A stretch of DNA of 64,000 nt from the human T2T-CHM13v2.0 reference genome, Homo sapiens. The position numbers and the translations under genes were made by a program. The stretch is from the NCBI RefSeq assembly GCF_009914755.1, contig NC_060936.1; one strand, 5' to 3'. Of the stretch, positions 40,297 to 52,641 are shown piece after piece; the first letter of the stretch is position 1; each line of letters starts with the position of its first letter. The notes beneath the pieces are model-generated. The model searched no databases. It saw nothing but the letters and a program-made list of their open reading frames with translations, and was not told the DNA's origin.

Positions 40297-41477
40297 AATT
40301 AAATTCCTTCTGAATTTCATCAGACCTGGAAAAAAATAAATAATATATGTTAAAAAGGCTTCACTGAGCATAGGTTTAAAAGTGATATGAAGAACCAAGT
40401 AACTCATTTGAGAAGCATACGCTTTTTTTCCTTCTATGATTTTAACAATTTTGCCTAGCGGTCAGAACCCCAGAATCTCTTTTCAGATCTTTTTTACTTT
40501 GAGAAAGAATGGTTTTATTGTTTCCTGTTATAAGTATCTGTACATTTTTCTAGTTTAAAGTTTTGTCTAAAATACCAAAATGTAACTCCTGCAATTTCAC
40601 TCAATCCATAAGAAAAAATCTTTCAGATTAGATTGGTTAATCCCCCGATTGTTAACATAATCTCAGGTTTTTTTCAGCTAGATATAGCTTTTCTGCACAC
40701 TTCTACATCTTAAAGAGCTAATTAGAACTGAATTCTTGTAATTAATCTTTTTAAAATTGCTCTTTTCTGATCATATATTTCTGCCTAGTCTTTGGGTTGT
40801 TTGGTGCAGCCAATGAAAACATTTTCAATGGAAAAAACATGCATGAATCTCAAAATTATGCAAATTTCAAAATTAGTATGTAAATATGAAGGTAAAATTT
40901 TCATGGAATTTGGAATTTATTTACTCAATTGTTCAGTAAGCTTCAACTTCATAAGTAGCTTTAGCAATGTAAAAAATATTTTATATTCAATACTGTTAAA
41001 GTAGTCAATCCTTTACTAAGTATGAAGGGATATATACATCCTAGTCAAATTTTTAATAAAAATAACTATAAATCATGGCTCATGATGTTATTCTAATAGA
41101 CAAACTTAGAGACTCTTTTAAATATATGTATTGAATCTTTAATCAAGAGTTACATAAATATTTTCTTTATTTTTCTAATTCTGAATTTAATGGGTTTAAT
41201 CTTATGGAAACACATTCAGAATAACGTATGTATCAATTGTCTACAAAAAACAACAAAATACTGAAAATACTTACTTTGCATAAATTTCACAAGGTTTTTG
41301 TTTGCTGAGGCATTGTGAAATTTTTCTTTTGTATCATTAGCCAAAAATGTAATATTAAATGATTTTTCAAAAAAATATTTATTTCTTCCTAACCCATATT
41401 TTTTCTCTATTTCCTCACTCTCAACAGAGAGACCTGTTCATGCTAAAAGCCAGGGATATTTAAAAACATTTGTGGAT

Positions 41478-41582
41478 CTTTCTCTTTGTCTCCCTCTCTT
41501 CCCTTCCTCCCTTCCTTCTTTCCTTCCTTCCTTCCCACCCTCCTTCCTTCCTTCTTTCTTTTCTTTTCCTCTCTCTCTCTCC
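41478..41582. repeat. (CCTT/CT)n polypyrimidine tract
   Basis: Seen directly. Confidence 0.85.
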
Positions 41583-43596
41583 AATCAGCTTACATGTGCC
41601 ATTTCAAACACATTTTTCTGACTTTTCCTATAAACAAAATGAATAATGTCTGGATTCAGTCTAACTTAAAATCTGAAAATCTGATTTATTTATTAGAATC
41701 AAAATAGTATTTTTTTTTTTTCAGTTTGTCTTTTAAGAACTCTGGTCACTACTTAGAGTTTCTCATTCTCTCTGGAATAAAAAAGGTTTTGTCTCCACAG
41801 TGCCATAGATTTATCTTTGTTCTTTAATAATGAGTATGTTTACTCAGAACTGATAAAGAGCTCTGGGGATTCTTTTGAAGAAGATACCAATTGGCTATTT
41901 TCTTCCTTAACTCTAAAAAGAAAAACAAAATCGCAAAGCTAATTAAAAGTCTTGTTATGGCATCTGTAGAAAAACCGGAAATGTTGATGTTAAAACGAAG
42001 TCTAATTCCTGTAGTGGGATTAAAAGGTTGTATAAAGTACTTTAGGCTTTTCAAAGTGTCTGAGCTAATACTGGTCCAAAGAAAGAAGAGAACTGGAGCT
42101 TTTTCATTTTTGTTCCAAAAGAAGAATCAATCTATCTAATGACATCTGTCTAATGACAACATTGTCTGTAACTTCTAATTCACTAAATCTTCACAAATTG
42201 ACTCATATGCTTTTTTGAGTCAAATATACTTATTTCTTATTCTCTCTATACAACTTCATAACATGAAATATGTATTATATACTAATATAACTACTAGGAA
42301 AGCAATGGCATAATTAGAAAGTAACGAATAATAGAGAAGTCATTAATAAAACCCCTTTAGAAGAAAACACATGTAGATTTTTGCCTACATGTCCCATAAA
42401 CCAAGGAGAAGACTTATTATGACATGAGATGTAATGTAAAATTATAGGAACATAAGAAGAGCAAATCTTTTATATTTATTCTTTATTAAGAAAACCAAAT
42501 TAAAATTATAAAAATTGATGAAAGAACAAATTGAATTGGTAACCAAGAAGTTAGAGAGATTTTCTATAAATGGTAATATCAGTAACTGATTCAAATATAT
42601 AGGAATGGTAAGGTATTTTCCTTGCAGAGGATTGGTTATGTTTTAGAAAATATCTAAAATGTAAATATTAAATTAACAAGCAAAATGCTTCACTTTTTAT
42701 GTATTAAATATATTCTCTTCACATGAACTTTGAAAACAGCAGAGGAAGATGGAATACTTATTAGAGTTCTATAAGGGAAGAAAATCTATTTTGAGGGATA
42801 TGAAATAAAATAATTTTTAGAAAATATGAATGTATTAAATCATGTATGATTGTGTAATTGATGAAGAAATATGTGAAAGATTGTTGCTTTAATTTCTGGT
42901 GATACTCCTGAAGTTTTTTTGCAGAAAGCAAGGTAGTCAGTTTAGAAGAAAGTCAGAGGTGAAGCAGGGAGACATTTTACTTTTAAAGAAACAGATTACT
43001 GCAGAAACAGTGATGATTAGAGAGATTAAAATTCCAGAAAGAAAAAGAAAAATCTTCAGAGATAACATCAATATACATACAGGTGTTTTATTATTTTTTT
43101 ACACTGGGATTTTTTTGTTATATATGACTTTTGGTCAGAAATGAGAATTTTGGCTTGACCCTGGTAGAGGGCTGCTTTCTTGGGTCAGATACATCAAGAA
43201 AATTATTGATAGTACAGCAGAGTAAGAGTGAAAAAATGGAAAAATTGATGGATTTTGAACAAATGGCCAATTGTACCATTAAAGACCCTTGCTCGATTTT
43301 AAAGCTGTGTAGATTTGGAAGCTAAATACTTAAGCAGATCCAGCAGGCTTCTTCTCAAAATGTTTGCCAAATTTTGAAGATGAATAGAACAGAAGTTTGA
43401 AGAGATAATTTCTGCATTTCTAAAATGCCTAGACTCTTAGTGGTAGGAAGACATATATCTCACCTCCCACCCCAAGGTAATAACTGGAATCTTGAAAGAA
43501 TCACACACTAGGTATTGAATTAAGCCAAAGGTACATTGAATCTATCTATATAAATCCAGCTTCAGTTCAAAATCTAGCTTAATTCCAGTTCAGGTT

Positions 43597-44149
43597 AAGT
43601 TGTTCTCCAGAGCGGCCATTTTAGAGGCCTACCCCTAGATCTGTTCCTTGCTGAGAAAAAGAATTCAACGATATTTCTCCTATTTGCTTTTGAAAGAAGA
43701 GAAACATGGCTCTGTTCCGCCCAGCCCACAGGCAGGCAGACTTTAAGGTTATCTCCTTGTTCCCTGAACATCGCTGTCATCCTGTTCTTTTTTCAAGGTG
43801 CCCAGATTTCATATTATTTAAACAATTTGTGCAGTTAACGCAATCATCACAGGGTCCTGAGGCAACTTTCCTGAGGCGACTTTCATCCTCAGTTTACAAA
43901 GATGACGGGATTAAGAAATTAAAGTAAAGACAGGCATAGGAAATCACAAGAGTATTGATTGGGGAAGTGATAAGTGTCCATGAAATCTTCGCAATTTATG
44001 TTCAGAGATTGCAGTAAAGACAGGTGTAAGAAATTATAAAAGTATTAATTTGGGGAACTAATAAATGTCCATGAAATCTTCACAATTTATGTTCTTCTGC
44101 CATGGTTTCAGCCAGTCCCTCCGTTAGGGGTCCCTGACTTCCTGCAACA
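43597..44149 (-). mobile_element. MER11 (HERV-K/HML-8) LTR, 5' portion only
   Basis: RC begins tgttgcaggaagtcagggacccctaacggagggactggctgaaaccatggcagaagaacataaattg, with the characteristic ~89-bp internal duplication (43923-44093). Confidence 0.8.
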
Positions 44150-44600
44150 CTCAAGGCAATAAAAAAATTGATAAAATAATTAAAATATTGAGATTGCAAT
44201 AGATTTGAAATATATAGAGAGGGATCAATAAACTTAATAGAATTAAACAACATAATATCTAAATTGAAGAATGTAGTAAATCACTTTAATAGCTAAAAGT
44301 ATACATTTGAAGATAGGCATGAATAATAAATATCCAAAATAAAGAGAGAAAATAAGAACATGGAGAATAAGATACATGTGGAACCGTGATCAAAAGTTCT
44401 AGTACATGTAATCTGGCATCCCAGAAGAAAAGTAGAAAGAATATAGGGGGGAGCAATATCCAAAACAATAAGTGCAAAGAGTGTCCTAAAGTGCTAAAAG
44501 ACATCAATCCAAAGATTCAGGAAGCTCAGTGAAACCCCAGTGAAAAACCACACTCAGTGGTATCTTCATTGGTACCCACTGAAAATGAATATAGACAAAA
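44150..44600 (+). mobile_element. Old L1M ORF1-region fragment
   Basis: atcaaaagttctagtacatgtaatctggcatcccagaag...aagattcaggaagctcagtgaaacccc. Confidence 0.55.
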
Positions 44601-45829
44601 TCATTGTGAGTTCAAAACCCTAGATATGAGTTTTTGTATCTCTTCAGCTAGTAACTAAATGTACTTTTGCTAAAGTCTGAGCCAATGCCATAGGGGAAAT
44701 ATAATAACTAACAGAAGAATGATGCATAAATACCACATATGGTAGTCACTTCTGCTATTTATCAGTATCCCTTTCTTCTCAATTAAGATTCAGAAAGGAA
44801 AAGGGAAAATATCACCAGGGTAAATTTCACACCAGAAATATTTAATTCAGGTTGGAAAAGGTGAAAGGGAAAAAAAAAAGAAGGAACACTGAGGTCACCC
44901 TGAGATAAAAACTATCCCATGAAGTATGAGGTTTGAATAAAAGGAAGTATGATGTATAACTTCTGAGGATAGATCATAAGGGGCATTGATACTTTTGCCT
45001 TGGTCTCTTGAATTATCTGTTCTGGGGAAAGAGCTGGATTTCCAGAACTCAGGATCTAGAGTAGGTGCTAGATGGAACTGGTGCTCTTTTGAGGCTGTAA
45101 TACTGCATGGATTCCTTCAGTTGCTAGGAACTCCTTGCAAAGCCCCCACAGATTTTATACTCCTATCTCTGAAAAGGGGGCACTGTCTGTTACTGCTTAC
45201 ACATCTGAAGGCCATGATGTAGCCAGTTCTTGTAATGAAGAAATAAGCTGATCCCTGGGGCTAATTGCCTCTATAAAGTCAACTGCCACTGTTAGGACCA
45301 TCAGACAGATACTCAAGACTCATCCTCGCACACACACAAAAAGGGAAAAAATAAATTCACTTTCTCCCACTGCTGATTTTGCTGTAGTGCCTCTTATTGG
45401 CAGTGCATATTAGGAAATCTGATGGTGAAAGAGACTGTAGTTTGCAGTACTGATCCCTGATATTATAGAGCTAAATAATAAATGTTGGGTTTGGAGCTGA
45501 AAAATAATCAATAAAAATTAACATTTTCTGACATTTAGTATTATTTCTTTATATTCATTATCATAGATATGTCTATTTGACTATTTTAGGCCATGAAATG
45601 TAAGTAGAAATCCCGTGTCACTTATTAATGGCAGTATATAATGGCCTCTATGTTTATTTTCTACCTTATTTTCCTCCTGACAGTTGTTGATTATGTTTAA
45701 ATTAGATTAACTTGGGTCCTGAATGGAGCAAGATGTAGAACAGAGTCTTTAGCTGGCCTTCACTTGACATGTGTTGGGAATGAGAAATAATTTTGTTTTA
45801 AGCCATTGAATTTTTTTTACATAAACCAG

Positions 45830-46132
45830 TAACATAGGTGTTTATTATCATTATCAAGCATGCACTGTACATAATTCTATGTGCTATACTTTTATCCAAC
45901 TGACATTGCAATAGATTTGTTTATACCAGCATCACCATAAACACATGAGTAATGCATTGTGGTACAACATTACAGCGATGTTGTACCACATACAATGAAT
46001 GTGGTTCAACAGTGATGATGGCGACATCCCTGGGTGACAGGAAAATTTCAGCTCCATTATAATATGGTTGGAACCATCATCGTACATGCAGTCCATCATT
46101 GACAAACATAGTTATGCAGTGCAGGACTTTTA
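45830..46132. mobile_element. Tigger3/MER7-like DNA transposon end
   Basis: tgtgctatacttttat...accagcatcaccataaacacatgagtaatgc...aattttcagctccattataat...gttatgcagtgcaggact. Confidence 0.65.
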
Positions 46133-46141
46133 TACATACGT

Positions 46142-46164
46142 ACACACACACACACACACACACA
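46142..46164. repeat. (CA)n microsatellite
   Basis: ~11 units. Confidence 0.9.
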
Positions 46165-46206
46165 GAGTTATAGTTATCTATAGCTATTATATTTTTTAAA
46201 ATATGT

Positions 46207-46517
46207 TTTTCTTTTTCTTTTCTTTTCTCTTTTTTTTGAGACAGAAACTCACTCCGTTGTCCAGGCTAGAATGCAGCAGTGAGATCTTGGCTCACTGCAG
46301 CCTCCGCCTTCTGGGTTCAAGCAATTCCCTTGCCTCAGCCACCTGAGTCAGCTGGGATTGAAGGCGTGCACCATCATGCCCAACTAAGTTTTGTATTTTT
46401 AGTAGAGACGGGATTTCATGTTGGCCAGGCTGGTCTTGAACTCCTGACCTCAGGGGGTTCGCCCACCTCGGCCTCCCAAAGTGCTGGGATTACAGGTGGG
46501 AGCCACCCCGCCCAGCC
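46207..46517 (-). mobile_element. AluS-like, antisense
   Basis: Full Alu reverse complement. Confidence 0.9.
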
Positions 46518-46519
46518 TT

Positions 46520-46845
46520 AAATGTTTCAACTTTAATTATAGAATAAAGGGTACATGCGCTGGTTTGTTACAGGGATAAGTTGTGTGACACTGATGCTCG
46601 GGGTCCCAACAATCCCGTCACACTGAGGTAAGCATACTACCCAACAGATGGTTCTTCAGCCCATGCTCTCCTCCCTGGCTACCGCAAATAGTGACTCCTA
46701 GTGTCTGTTTTTCTTTATGGCTAGTCAATTACCCCAACACCATTTTTTTGAACACAGAGTCCTGTCTACGTTGCTTATTTTTGTTGATTTTGTTGAAGAT
46801 CAGATAGTTGTGGGTGAGCAACTTTATTTCTGGGTGATCTATTCA
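46520..46845 (-). mobile_element. L1P(B) 3'/ORF2 fragments, antisense
   Basis: gggtacatgcgctggtttgttacaggg...tatggctagtcaattaccccaacaccattt...gaagatcagatagttg. Confidence 0.6.
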
Positions 46846-48511
46846 AGATTACTCGGTTGCTGGCAGAACCACATTTTCTGTGGCTGTAGAATTCATGGAA
46901 ACTGTTTACTTCAAAGTCAGCAATGATACACTATAGCAAATTGGCAAGCAAGAGTGTTTTATAATATAACATAATCATGAGTGTCAATGCATCATCTTGG
47001 CCATATTGCATTGTTTAGAAGCAAGTCACAGGCCCTGCCCACACTTCTGGAGAAAAGGTTATACCAGGCCATGAACACCAAAAGTTGGGTACTATGGGGA
47101 CTATTTTAAAGTCACCTGCTACACCTTGGAAAAAAGATATATTCCTAGAAGCTAGGTGGTGAAAGTAAACAAACAAAAAAGTATCTGAAACACTGAAATG
47201 GAAACATACTGAATATAACATGTAGAAAATATTAGAAAAAGAAATGTATTAATTTTTGGTTAGAAAATATTGTCCTTCTTTGAAAGTTCTCTTGAAATAA
47301 GACAATCAGCCTAAACCTCCAATATTTTTCCCTCATTCTAATAGATTCAGCTCCTATAGCAAGTCCAGGTAAATACAAACATATAATCCTAAAAATGAAA
47401 ATAATTTGAATCTAGTGTCCATAACAAACATACTGTAAGAAAAAGATTAAAAATGAGAATGAATTCAGTAGTTGTAAACAATGTACTAGGTCTAAATTGT
47501 CTAATATAAACTTTGCTTTCTTTGTTTTCTAATGTGAAAGAAACAATACTTAAGGAGGTCTTTAGATAATCAATTTCATGAGTTTTATGTTTACATTATA
47601 CTTTCTATTTTTACTGCATCTTAATGGTATGCCTATATACTAGTTATATTTTCCCTAAAATACTCCATCTATGTATTAACAAATAAAACACTTGTATAGC
47701 ATATTTTATATCCTAGGGCCCTTTTCTCATTCTATTTTCTGCTTCTTCCCGTGCTTACATGTAATTGAATCATATTACCTTGGCAAACATTTATTTCAGG
47801 TTAAAATAAAACGATATTGACAATATAAACTTCAAAATAATTCTAATACTGTTATTTCCTCACTGCTCTTGTTTTCATTATACACCTCTCTAACATTTAA
47901 TGATTAAAAATAATAATTTCCAAAGGATGCCTAATTAAAATTATTCAACATAACCTCAGTGTGCATTCATCACTACCGTCTCTCTAGAGACATTTTAACT
48001 CTGTTTTACTGCAATAGTCTTCTGTGAATATTTTGAAGGAGAAAGAAAAAAGCTGCTATAAACAGCCTGTGTTGGAGAGAATACTTTAAAAAAACAAGTT
48101 TTCCTGCGGGAAGGTGAAGACAGGAAAAAAAATAATAACAACAGATCTTTTTTTTCACAAGAGTTACTGAGAGTCACTTAAAATATTACATTGGAAAGTT
48201 TTCCTAGTATCCAGGGTCAAGACATTGTTATTGTCATGGAAATTTTGGGGAGTAAAAAGAGATACTGAATGCCTAGCCTTTGGAGAGTCCTTTTACGTTT
48301 CAAGGATGTTCCATCTCAACCGTTTTCATTCATATGCCATGCAGCTCATCTTTTCCACTGGTGCTGTTTTTGGATTCTTTCTTGTGATTTGAACCCTCTC
48401 CTTCTGATGATCTAAGAACTTCACTTAATTGACAAGTAAAATATACAACTTCATCATCTCTGTTTACCAATTTCCCTGTAAGTATTGTCCTGATTCTAAC
48501 AAGGATCCACA

Positions 48512-48593
48512 TTTCTTTCCTTCCCTCCTTCCCTCCTTCCCTCCTTCCCTCTCCCTCCCTCCCTCCTTCCCTCCTTCCTTCCTTCCTTCCTCT
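48512..48593. repeat. (CCTT/CCCT)n polypyrimidine tract
   Basis: Seen directly. Confidence 0.9.
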
Positions 48594-49649
48594 TTTTGTT
48601 TTTGAGAGTCTCATTGATTGACACTCCAGGAAAGCTTGATCTTTCCTGGAGTGTCAGCAGAGTCTGCATCTGGTTTGGTCTGAAGCCCTCTGCTGTAACC
48701 AGATGCAAACTGCCCATTTTGCTACTGCCCTTTCCCACTTCCATGGCCTCTACCTTTACTACTAACAACAAACTAGTACCAGAGACACTGTTACTCAGTG
48801 AGTTTCAGACTTTCAGATTTTTGCCACTGATTGAGACACCCAGATTTTTCACTGTATTGTCAGCCCTTTCCTGGATCTCCAGCTGCAGGACCTTTTGGAT
48901 ACTTTACCGTAGTCTGGTTGTAGCACCTCTTAACAGCAACTGGGACTATGTCACCTATCGGGGCCTCTCCCACTTCTGGAAGAGAAAGCAGAATTTTCAG
49001 CTGGACTTGTTCCTACGTTGTGTTCCATCCCACTGTACATAACCGGGTTCATCTTTCCAAATTCCATCTCCTCATTATATAAGTATGTTATTATGTAAGA
49101 AAATTCAAGACAGAAACAAGTTGTGAAGCTTATGAAACGTTCCCAAAGTAAAGCATCAAACACTGATGCCAGTTAAAGTAAAGCCACATAACATTTGGGT
49201 TTTAGCAGTTAAACTGCTACCACGTGGAATTATATTATTGTAAGTGTATTTTCAATTACTTTCCTCATTTTTTGCATTTTTCTAATTAATTTATAACTGA
49301 GATGACTTAACTTTGGCTGTTAGAATATCTTCTATAGAATATTATTTAATTCAGAAAGAAAAAACTTTGGAAAGTTTTCAAAACTTTGAAAAATTCTGTT
49401 TGTATTTTAGGATTATAGAAATATTAGTTTGATGATCCTGATTTATTTATAAATTATTGATTCTCTAGACAAGACTGAAATTAAATATCTTGAAATATTA
49501 TGGAAAATAACTTCTAAAAATGCTTCAAAATGTTTTATTTTCAGACAATCAGGACATGTGATCTTTGGTATAGCATCTTAATAACCGTAAAAGAATATTT
49601 TACATTTTAATGTTTTTTATGTTTCTAGTTTTCACGTACATACGATCAA

Positions 49650-49947
49650 ATTTTTTTTTCTTTTTGAGATGGAGTCTTGCTGTGTCACCCAGGCTGAAGT
49701 GCAGTGGTGCAATCTTGGTTAACTGCAACCTCCGTCTCCTGGGTTCAAGCAATTCTCCTGCCTCAGCCTCCTGAGTAGCTGGGATTACAGGCACCTACCA
49801 TCACGCCTGGCTAATTTTTATATTTTTACTAGAAACAGGGCTTCGCCATGTTGACCAGGCTGGTCTCGAACTCCTGGCTTCAAGTGATCTGTCTGCCTCA
49901 GCCTTCCATAGTGCTGAGATTACAGGTGTGAGCCACCGTACCTGGCC
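49650..49947 (-). mobile_element. AluS-like, antisense
   Basis: Full Alu reverse complement. Confidence 0.9.
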
Positions 49948-50040
49948 AATCAATTTTTTAAGAGAAAGTAAAACACATTTGGTAAGCATATTTTTCTTAT
50001 ACAGATGTATTTATTAAACCTATCAGGTAACACACTCAAT

Positions 50041-50762
50041 TTTTTTTTATTATTATTATACTTTAAGTTTTAGGGTACATGTGCATAATGTGCAGGTTAG
50101 TTACATATGTATACATGTGCCATGCTGGTGTGCTGCACCCATTAACTCATCATTTAGCATTAGGTATATCTCCTAATGCTATCCCTCCCCCCTCCCCCCA
50201 CCCCACAACAGTCCCCAGAGTGTGACGTTCCCCTTCCTGTGTCCATGTGTTCTCATTGTTCAATTCCCACCTATGAGTGAGAACATGCGGTGTTTGGTTT
50301 TTTGTCCTTGTGATAGTTTGCTGAGAATGATGATTTCCAATTTCATCCATGTCCCTACAAAGGACATGAACTCATCATTTTTTATGGCTGCATAGTATTC
50401 CATGGTGTATATGTGCCACATTTTCTTAATCCAGTCTATCATTGTTGGACATTTGGGTTGGTTCCAAGTCTTTGCTATTGTGAATAATGCCGCAATAAAC
50501 ATACGTGTGCATGTGTCTTTATAGCAGCATGATTTATAGTCCTTTGGGTATATACCCAGTAATGGGTTGGCTGGGTCAAATGGTATTTCTAGTTCTAGAT
50601 TCCTGAGGAATCGCCACACTGACTTCCACAATGGTTGAACTAGTTTACAGTCCCACCAACAGTGTAAAAGTCTTCCTATTTCTCCACATCCTCTCCAGCG
50701 CCTGTTGTTTCCTGACTTTTTAATGATTGCCATTCTAACTGGTGTGAGATGGTATCTGATTG
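50041..50762 (-). mobile_element. 5'-truncated L1PA3-like element, antisense, with 12-bp TSD
   Basis: ORF2 C-terminus ([18 protein letters not shown]...FSLIGGN) plus 3'UTR. TSD aacacactcaat at 50029-50040 and 50763-50774. Confidence 0.95.
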
Positions 50763-51003
50763 AACACACTCAATATTAAATAGCTGGTGACCAACAAGGC
50801 AAGTACCAGACATAGATTTTTTTTGTCATGGTTAATATATATTTTTATAATTCAGTATAACTTGGTTGGCTGATTTTTCTTTTGGTTTATTATAGGCCTT
50901 ATATGTTTCCTAACCCAGCAGATGTGATAAAATGTAACCCAAACTCACTAAACCATTGTTTCTTGTTTTCCTTTATAGACTTGGTAGCAGTCAACAATAA
51001 GAA

Positions 51004-51939
51004 ATGAAAAATTATGCTTCTGTGAAACAGTTCATTCTTCTGGGATTAACAGATGACCCAAAGCTAAATGTTTTGATTTTTATATTTCTATTTTTTACAT
51101 ATATACTGAGTATAACTGGGAACCTGACAATTATTACTCTCACTTTGATAGATGTGCACCTCAAAACACCCATGTACTTTTTCCTTAGGAATTTCTCTTT
51201 TCTAGAAATCTCATTCACAACAGTTTGTATTCCTAGGTTTCTGGTCAGCATCGTAACAGGGGATAAGACCATTTCTTATAATTCTTGCATGGCCCAGGTA
51301 TTTTTCTTTATACTCCTTGGTTCAACAGAATTTTTCCTTTTGACTGCTATGTCCTATGATTGTTATGTTGCTATCTGTAAGCCACTGCACTACACAACAA
51401 TAATGAACAGCAGAGTCTGCATCCAGCTTGTAATTAGCTCTTGGCTAGCTGGATTTCTCATTATTTTTCCACCTGTAATTATGGGGCTTCAACTGGATTT
51501 CTGTGACTCCAACATCATTGATCACTTTACCTGTGATTCCTCTCCTATGCTACTGATCTCCTGCACAGACACAGCGTTTCTAGAGTTCGTGGGCTTTTTC
51601 CTGGCCATATTCACTCTCATGGTAACCTTAACATTAGTGATTCTTTCCTATGTATTCATCCTTAAGACAATCCTGAGAATTCCTTCTGCTGAACAAAGGA
51701 AAAAGGCCTTTTCCACTTGTTCTTCACACATGATTGTTGTCTCCATTTCTTATGGAAGCTGCATTTTCATGTATGTCAAAACATCAGCAAAAGAAGGAGT
51801 GGCTTTGACCAAGGGTATAGCAGTGCTCAATACCTCTGTAGCCCCAGTGTTAAATCCTTTTACTTACTCCCTAAGGAACCAGTAGGTAAAACAGTCTTTT
51901 CAGAACTTGATCAAAAAATGTTTTTCAAATAAATTTTAG
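51004..51939 (+). pseudogene. OR6C66P: Near-intact olfactory receptor 6C pseudogene: 293-aa ORF with all 7 TM, premature TAG at 51883-51885
   Basis: [14 protein letters not shown]...SLRNQ*VKQSFQNLIKKCFSNKF*, with the probable ancestral stop at 51937-51939. DRY>DCY (51361-51363), NPFIY>NPFTY. Acceptor ctttatag ends at 50978. Symbol from recalled order. Confidence 0.88.
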
Positions 51940-52139
51940 TCACAAAGAAATGTATAGCCTGAACTTGAAATGGAAACTTATCTGTAGCATAATACTGACA
52001 TCGTTCTATATCTCCATCCAATACCATTAATATATTCAACTATTTTTCCTTCAGGATTTATTCTTCTATCCCATTTTGACCTCACTTGGCTTCATAACCC
52101 ATTTATATTTACATGCTGTGAACATTTAGGTGTTGTTTT

Positions 52140-52378
52140 ATTTGTTTTTTTGTTTGTTTGTTTTTTGTTGTTTGTTTTTTGAGATGGAGTCTCACACTAT
52201 TGCATGGGCTGGAGTGCAATGGTGCCAACTCGGCTCACTGCAACCTCTGCCTCTTGGGTTCAAGTGATTCTCCTGCCTCAGCCTCCTGAGGAGCTGGGAT
52301 TACAGGCTCCTGCCACCACGCCCAGCTAATTTTTTGTATTTTTAGTGGAGACAGGGTTTCACTATGTTGGCCAGGCTG
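52140..52378 (-). mobile_element. 5'-truncated Alu, antisense
   Basis: (tttg)n tail, right arm and part of the left arm. Confidence 0.85.
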
Positions 52379-52541
52379 CAGAATTTAGCTTTAAACAATC
52401 ATTGAAAGACTTTCCCTTTGATCCTAAGAAAAAAATTTTTTTAAAAAGTTACCATCAAGCAATTCTGAAAAATTATTTATCCCAGTGCATTAGCACAATG
52501 TACTAAAATAAATTCTTCTGTGAGATGAAGTCTCCTACCTC

Positions 52542-52641
52542 TAGTATATTTATATTTCTCCTTTTATCTCCCTTGGTTTTTGCATTGTAAATAGTATATT
52601 TATATTTCTCCTTTTATCTCCCTTGGTTTTTGCATTGTAAA
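52542..52641. repeat. Perfect 50-bp tandem duplication
   Basis: tagtatatttatatttctccttttatctcccttggtttttgcattgtaaa x2. Confidence 0.97.

Noticed and set aside
39940-40407. 155-aa ORF suggesting an N-terminally extended OR
   Set aside because: The extension crosses the splice acceptor at 40326 and is intronic. The real start is 40296, and the frame is broken at the T8 run
43923-44093. ~89-bp direct repeat
   Set aside because: It is an intrinsic feature of the MER11 LTR
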